64,000 bases of DNA from Priapulus caudatus. Taxonomy: Eukaryota. Positions 63,201 through 64,000 of the stretch are shown piece by piece. Where the stretch lies: the NCBI RefSeq assembly GCF_000485595.1, contig NW_014577073.1, positions 544,816 to 608,815 of the forward strand, written 5' to 3'. Both the position numbers and the translations under genes were made by a program. Position 1 is the first letter of the stretch. Each line of letters begins with the position of its first letter. The notes beneath the pieces are model-generated. The model did not search any database. It was not told where the DNA came from and saw nothing but the letters and a program-made list of their open reading frames with translations.

Positions 63201-63609
63201 CGGCGTGTGTTTGAGTGTTGGTTTGTGGGTTTGTTAACATGCACGTTTCAGTTCACTTCCGCTAGGTGCGCTGGCTGTAGACTTACAAACACGCAACCAC
63301 AGGCTAAGGGGCAACCACAGTCCTCCCCCACCTGCACGCTCGCACTAATCCGGATCCAATTAATTATTTTATTTATTTATTTATTTATTTATTTTTCCAC
63401 TTAATTTATTAATTAATTAATAAAAAATTCACATTGAGAGAATTCAGCTGCCTTGGCAGAGGTCTGTGCTCTCCGAGTGCTCTAGTTGTAATTATATAAT
63501 GTATGCGACACCATCGTTGTCATGGTAACAAACATACCTGGCTCCACCACCTCGTGACCTCCGCACGTAGATCAGATATGAGATCACAGCTCATCAGATC
63601 CAGCGGCGT
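5879..63609 (-). CDS. USP34: Ubiquitin carboxyl-terminal hydrolase 34 (USP34/puffyeye) orthologue, multi-exon, 5'-incomplete
   Basis: Exon peptides collinear with USP34 as I recall it: DLRAEVT, VWELLMILPTSP, GLQNLGATCY (Cys box), QPLNTGEQKDMTEFFTDL, YLFNDAEVKPFD, ADHEDQDVVLFNR, MYHEATACHV; splice phases checked by hand; stop TGA at 5879-5881. Confidence 0.95.
6577..6750. repeat. 62-bp tandem repeat x~3 containing a splice donor
   Basis: CATACCTTCACTGCT starts at 6613, 6675 and 6737. Confidence 0.9.
6742..6907 (-). CDS. USP34: USP34 exon (DIRALMLIFSVAPP...PTYSSE)
   Basis: AG/GT ends, 166 nt; matches DLRALALLLSV region. Confidence 0.85.
7555..8110 (-). pseudogene. Decayed hAT-family (ZMYM1/THAP12-like) transposase fragment in intron
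   Basis: Broken translation gives EDGNF, NAKYTSSQIQN, ETDDVSTSEQVTLCLR, GQGYDGTSVMS, VHCRLHILN with stops and frameshifts. Confidence 0.8.
8354..8494 (-). CDS. USP34: USP34 exon (VSRQVLTEQNNKNL...NTLCG)
   Basis: AG/GT ends, 141 nt, phase 0-0. Confidence 0.88.
8500..8750. repeat. 50-bp minisatellite x~5 abutting an acceptor
   Basis: Unit GGTAAGCATTGACAGGTGTGTAGGTAAGACAGAGCACCACACTAGGTAGA. Confidence 0.9.
9116..9253 (-). CDS. USP34: USP34 exon (QIDKKCIEMLC...CTFFPK)
   Basis: AG/GT ends, 138 nt. Confidence 0.9.
9625..9704 (-). CDS. USP34: USP34 exon (CMVAVEGVPLH...YHSE)
   Basis: AG/GT ends, 80 nt, phase 1-0. Confidence 0.88.
10104..10227 (-). CDS. USP34: USP34 exon (GIDEPYDQALADFF...NIINL)
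   Basis: AG/GT ends, 124 nt. Confidence 0.9.
10568..10793. repeat. 31-bp minisatellite x~7
   Basis: Unit GGCAGAATACCGTCACTCTGCAGGCAAGTCT. Confidence 0.9.
10850..10971 (-). CDS. USP34: USP34 exon (QTGPYFP...VESSK)
   Basis: AG/GT ends, 122 nt; GPYFP and NIRP motifs. Confidence 0.9.
11410..11514 (-). CDS. USP34: USP34 exon (DVLREMLLLYP...DNNWP)
   Basis: AG/GT ends, 105 nt, phase 1-1. Confidence 0.9.
11953..12066 (-). CDS. USP34: USP34 exon (AEVKQAVYSWKDRMEF...QVSL)
   Basis: AG/GT ends, 114 nt, phase 1-1. Confidence 0.9.
12631..12831 (+). mobile_element. Short insertion with 50-bp inverted repeat and 13-bp TSD; Penelope-like pLTR remnant
   Basis: CGTACCTTTCTTG at 12618-12630 and 12832-12844; arms 12631-12680 and 12744-12793 (3 mismatches); TTGAAAA...GAAACGTT motif between arms. 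Confidence 0.65.
12837..12963 (-). CDS. USP34: USP34 exon (AFTTLHTMYHEATACHV...LDKK)
   Basis: AG/GT ends, 127 nt. Confidence 0.93.
13206..13284 (-). CDS. USP34: USP34 exon (VYRILLKTSEDR...LFSD)
   Basis: AG/GT ends, 79 nt, phase 2-0. Confidence 0.88.
13607..13764 (-). CDS. USP34: USP34 exon (AVEELMRLMQIF...LDGRSCWATLI)
   Basis: AG/GT ends, 158 nt. Confidence 0.93.
13985..14340. repeat. AT-rich minisatellite, ~44-55-bp units
   Basis: AATATTACCCTCACATTATGCTTATGTTACACTTACACAATGCC repeats; part re-copied at 14730-14873 just before an N gap. Confidence 0.85.
14461..14638 (-). CDS. USP34: USP34 exon (ADHEDQDVVLFNR...TRYAN)
   Basis: AG/GT ends, 178 nt. Confidence 0.95.
14899..22209. other. Indel-rich duplicate of 7842-14729, probable long-read gap-fill artefact
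   Basis: Begins right after N gap; collinear; scattered 1-bp indels through exons and introns alike; ~7.3 kb versus ~6.9 kb original. Confidence 0.85.
22218..22696 (+). mobile_element. Non-autonomous, internally deleted piggyBac-like element
   Basis: TTAA at 22214-22217 and 22697-22700; ends CACGTTC...GAACGTG; MTAEEVAELCADSDSD from 22465 resembles an acidic transposase N-terminus. Confidence 0.7.
23358..23464 (-). CDS. USP34: USP34 exon (ALLIFWYQAC...NIAFNYI)
   Basis: AG/GT ends, 107 nt. Confidence 0.93.
23835..23918 (-). CDS. USP34: USP34 exon (FGHYVMELWQIFQPKLSEP...NHNKQ)
   Basis: AG/GT ends, 84 nt. Confidence 0.93.
24753..25212. mobile_element. PIF/Harbinger (Tourist-like) MITE
   Basis: ~23-bp TIR AGCTGGGTTTACACTACCGACTT / AAGTCGATAGTGTAAATCCAGCT (2 mismatches); TAA on both sides. 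Confidence 0.75.
25268..25353 (-). CDS. USP34: USP34 exon (ATQHGTMKL...EKLM)
   Basis: AG/GT ends, 86 nt. Confidence 0.9.
25807..25888 (-). CDS. USP34: USP34 exon (MSQESTMVLHQIY...ARIYA)
   Basis: AG/GT ends, 82 nt. Confidence 0.9.
26362..26459 (-). CDS. USP34: USP34 exon (AAYLLVCLVP...KGMS)
   Basis: AG/GT ends, 98 nt. Confidence 0.9.
26909..27056 (-). CDS. USP34: USP34 exon (VVEYCPQQCLDWLAVQ...QRVHM)
   Basis: AG/GT ends, 148 nt. Confidence 0.93.
27070..27200. repeat. 10-bp minisatellite x~13
   Basis: Unit GCAACAATGA and variants. Confidence 0.9.
27650..27806 (-). other. Second, indel-containing copy of USP34 exon VVSMLFSSII...KIGE
   Basis: Aligns to 30794-30943 with frameshifts. Confidence 0.8.
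28447..28551 (-). other. Second, indel-containing copy of USP34 exon GLPFLYHQIRD...AMH
   Basis: Aligns to 31581-31685 with indels and substitutions. Confidence 0.8.
29100..30013. repeat. Telomere-like complex satellite (CCTAA/CCCTAA-rich)
   Basis: Recurrent CTAACCTAAACCTAACCCC and CCCAAACTTACTCTAACCTTGACCCC blocks. Confidence 0.85.
30053..30238 (-). CDS. USP34: USP34 exon (VEVVSDDDEEEDDD...LTGGK), intact copy
   Basis: AG/GT ends, 186 nt, phase 0-0. Confidence 0.88.
30794..30943 (-). CDS. USP34: USP34 exon (VVSMLFSSII...EFAGGPPG...KIGE), intact copy
   Basis: AG/GT ends, 150 nt, phase 0-0. Confidence 0.88.
31581..31685 (-). CDS. USP34: USP34 exon (GLPFLYHQIRD...NLIFSLCR...AMH), intact copy
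   Basis: AG/GT ends, 105 nt, phase 0-0. Confidence 0.88.
32200..33803. repeat. Telomere-like complex satellite, second array, with N gap
   Basis: Same units as 29100-30013; a third copy lies at 43853-44590. Confidence 0.85.
33846..34034 (-). CDS. USP34: USP34 exon V(K/E)VVSDDDEEEDDD..., copy in collinear position, frameshifted in its 3' half
   Basis: Aligns to 30053-30238; indels probably sequence errors. Confidence 0.65.
34424..35312. repeat. 57-bp minisatellite x~15
   Basis: Unit ATGTTTAATACTACAAGAGTAGCCATGTATGTACAAGACATGGGTGCATACACAGAC; re-read at ~45220-46127. Confidence 0.92.
35420..35590 (-). CDS. USP34: USP34 exon (ISHGAHHCKPHSKHL...TKDHEY)
   Basis: AG/GT ends, 171 nt. Confidence 0.92.
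35936..36014 (-). CDS. USP34: USP34 exon (GLDDGKEG...SCVTRFVKMLLSL)
   Basis: AG/GT ends, 79 nt. Confidence 0.88.
36319..36395 (-). CDS. USP34: USP34 exon (MFHRLCIHVINQLRP...)
   Basis: AG/GT ends, 77 nt. Confidence 0.9.
36829..36909 (-). CDS. USP34: USP34 exon (WFLGHMADDQWWP...VVRQ)
   Basis: AG/GT ends, 81 nt. Confidence 0.93.
37425..37490 (-). CDS. USP34: USP34 exon (PTMLQWIELLTKQF...SCE)
   Basis: AG/GT ends, 66 nt. Confidence 0.93.
38001..38124 (-). CDS. USP34: USP34 exon (FMWQLCGYIP...HSKEK)
   Basis: AG/GT ends, 124 nt. Confidence 0.93.
38338..38402 (-). CDS. USP34: USP34 exon (WIWKDNTQFLQDKNIFDHTYF)
   Basis: AG/GT ends, 65 nt. Confidence 0.93.
38673..38792 (-). CDS. USP34: USP34 exon (TNSAYMLFYER...ELSQ), end of USP domain
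   Basis: AG/GT ends, 120 nt; AYMLFY motif. Confidence 0.92.
39206..39259 (-). CDS. USP34: USP34 exon (SKTYDSVNDKFMDFSFEK)
   Basis: AG/GT ends, 54 nt. Confidence 0.93.
39684..39762 (-). CDS. USP34: USP34 exon (YLFNDAEVKPFD...GGEMT)
   Basis: AG/GT ends, 79 nt; FND motif. Confidence 0.93.
40093..40272. repeat. (GA)n microsatellite
   Basis: Directly visible; others at 27478-27520 and 51070-51337. Confidence 0.9.
40281..40404 (-). CDS. USP34: USP34 His-box exon (GEVESYEYDLIGMTVHT...SFIRD...DKW), His box garbled
   Basis: AG/GT ends, 124 nt, net in frame; RATVRVASLL replaces expected GTAxGGHYY. Confidence 0.8.
41044..41213 (-). CDS. USP34: USP34 exon (ACFKKLPRIL...KEKVNTHFSFP...SEK)
   Basis: AG/GT ends, 170 nt, phase 2-1. 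Confidence 0.95.
41959..42053 (-). CDS. USP34: USP34 exon (ESLDEVTVKDTLEGDNMYTC...RAEK), GC donor
   Basis: 95 nt; ends AAACG|GCAAGC, phase 2 completes Arg with next exon. Confidence 0.9.
42343..42420 (-). CDS. USP34: USP34 exon (DCPHVSKTEEEFY...MKNLY)
   Basis: AG/GT ends, 78 nt. Confidence 0.93.
42708..42764 (-). CDS. USP34: USP34 exon (KELVKNLFSGVITNNVISL)
   Basis: AG/GT ends, 57 nt. Confidence 0.92.
43146..43292 (-). CDS. USP34: USP34 exon (DSERKVYNP...EQKDMTEFF...SPQL)
   Basis: AG/GT ends, 147 nt. Confidence 0.95.
43648..43827 (+). mobile_element. 5' part of a Helentron-type non-autonomous (HINE/DINE-1-like) element
   Basis: TTATTACCTCCGC start, short inverted segment, then (TG)n; runs into N gap. 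Confidence 0.6.
43853..54890. other. Indel-rich duplicate of ~33065-43652, probable long-read gap-fill artefact
   Basis: Begins after N gap; collinear; exon copies frameshifted (except the stretch identical to the first copy); ~11.0 kb versus ~10.6 kb original. Confidence 0.85.
54915..54957 (+). mobile_element. 3' end of a Helentron-type non-autonomous element
   Basis: GCAGAGGTATGCACTCTCCGTGAGTGC...CTAGTT: subterminal repeat, GCACTC/GAGTGC hairpin, CTAG end; same layout as 63455-63487. Confidence 0.6.
54993..55058 (-). CDS. USP34: USP34 exon (VSKEGKHEETLRELQRMFAYLL)
   Basis: AG/GT ends, 66 nt. Confidence 0.9.
55377..55540 (-). CDS. USP34: USP34 Cys-box exon (HAPYPWD...GLQNLGATCYM...LAAR)
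   Basis: AG/GT ends, 164 nt; catalytic Cys motif intact. Confidence 0.95.
55897..56080 (-). CDS. USP34: USP34 exon (EFIAVVFECLF...PKCK...QHTQ)
   Basis: AG/GT ends, 184 nt. Confidence 0.93.
56413..56674. repeat. ~20-bp minisatellite x~13
   Basis: Unit GTGACAATGCTTGCCAGGAC and variants. Confidence 0.9.
56705..56875 (-). CDS. USP34: USP34 exon (SAVLELDSMV...EDDGLIGLL...KFSPEIK), GC donor
   Basis: 171 nt; ends AAG|GCAAGC. Confidence 0.88.
56890..57780. repeat. 43-bp minisatellite x~20
   Basis: Unit AGCTAAGCCACGGTAGATGTAAACAATAACACGTTATACACAC. Confidence 0.92.
57897..58037 (-). CDS. USP34: USP34 exon (GFEQELD...PGCKDYFWLV...SDE)
   Basis: AG/GT ends, 141 nt. Confidence 0.9.
58291..58443 (-). 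CDS. USP34: USP34 exon (PTVRREACAGLYRL...KPPQS)
   Basis: AG/GT ends, 153 nt. Confidence 0.9.
58764..58891 (-). CDS. USP34: USP34 exon (VHYAMTLLVSWAH...LDAPD)
   Basis: AG/GT ends, 128 nt. Confidence 0.9.
59212..59332 (-). CDS. USP34: USP34 exon (AVLDMIQVEP...WGKAQ)
   Basis: AG/GT ends, 121 nt, phase 0-1 fits next exon. Confidence 0.8.
59549..59627. mobile_element. Small MITE-like inverted repeat
   Basis: CTGGGGCCGCTGTCAGAAACATCA...TGTTTCTGACAATGGTCCCCAG; related half at ~58080-58101. Confidence 0.55.
59812..60007 (-). CDS. USP34: USP34 exon (WEEDCLAYMLK...DKL/IIPRLNS) with one apparent extra base
   Basis: 196 nt between AG and GT; IPRL motif lies in the +1 frame. Confidence 0.75.
59984..60252. 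repeat. 51-bp tandem repeat x~5 containing a splice acceptor and 24 nt of exon
   Basis: Unit GTACGCAAGGCAGTCCTCCTCCCACTGCAGTGCACACAGACAGATATACAA. Confidence 0.92.
60631..60714 (-). CDS. USP34: USP34 exon (FLEGGGLKHIFAVFMSGVL...WNE)
   Basis: AG/GT ends, 84 nt. Confidence 0.85.
60952..61023 (-). CDS. USP34: Probable USP34 exon (HHHTGDGDSSILPAESTGSKWHKV)
   Basis: Strong pyrimidine tract plus TAG acceptor, GTACGT donor, 72 nt; places W before FLEGGGL. Confidence 0.65.
61323..61547 (-). CDS. USP34: USP34 exon (DGNRGQVLSRKVWELLMILPTSP...KKDQ)
   Basis: AG/GT ends, 225 nt. Confidence 0.92.
62083..62253 (-). CDS. USP34: USP34 exon (LIFVSVGA...PMLLLLQE...SNQG)
   Basis: AG/GT ends, 171 nt. Confidence 0.92.
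62809..63072 (-). CDS. USP34: USP34 exon (KK-Q10...GPVRMITQGQELT...FKDNQ)
   Basis: AG/GT ends, 264 nt. Confidence 0.9.
63159..63487 (+). mobile_element. Complete Helentron-type non-autonomous (HINE/DINE-1-like) element
   Basis: TTATTACCTCCGCCA..TGGCGGAGGT 5' inverted repeat, GTTT-rich tract, 3' TTGGCAGAGGT plus hairpin and CTAGTT. Confidence 0.75.
63538..63609 (-). CDS. USP34: USP34 exon (TPLDLMSCDLISDLRAEVTRWWSQ), first in window
   Basis: AG/GT ends, 72 nt; DLRAEVT motif. Confidence 0.88.
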
Positions 63610-64000
63610 CTACGGCGAGGAAACGAAAAACTTCACGTCAACGTTCACGTGTTCGCAAACAGGGACTGAATTAATGCAGTGGCTACTGCCGATGTTAAGG
63701 GAGCTATCATCAGCGTGATCACTGTTGCTACCCTCACGTGCGTCTACCCACCAGCGGCTTGTTTAAAGAACGCACACGCACGTACACGCGCCGTTACGTT
63801 ATGTGCGTGTTATGTTACGCGCACGTACGTGCATGCATTGTGTTACACGCTACGTAAGCACACACGTTGCAAAGGATAATCTGCAGTTGAAAATGGACAC
63901 AGCATATCGGAAATCAGATAGTTGTTAGATGGGGATCTATAAAAGCCATACCGTACGGTTTCAGCAGTGATGTTTTAGCTAAAAGTAAACGATATTTCGT

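Overview
Eukaryotic (invertebrate metazoan) genomic DNA. Most of the window (5879-63609, minus strand) is the 3' part of a large, intron-rich USP34 deubiquitinase gene; its 5' end lies beyond the window. I traced about 53 exons by hand with phase-consistent splice sites, two of them joined by GC-AG introns. Downstream on the same strand is an intronless class-A GPCR (2045-3499) with atypical activation motifs. Two large blocks (14899-22209 and 43853-54890) start at N-gaps and are indel-riddled copies of the neighbouring sequence, most likely long-read gap-fill artefacts. A third duplication of three phase-0 exons (27520-34423) has a gap-free junction and substitutions, so it may be real. Introns hold a hAT transposase fossil, piggyBac-, Harbinger- and Helentron-type non-autonomous elements, a Penelope-like insertion with a hammerhead-like motif, many minisatellites and a telomere-like satellite. 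The most unusual pattern is that at least five repeats or insertions duplicate a USP34 splice site. I cannot support a wholly new biological system. Homology calls rest on recalled family motifs, not on database searches.
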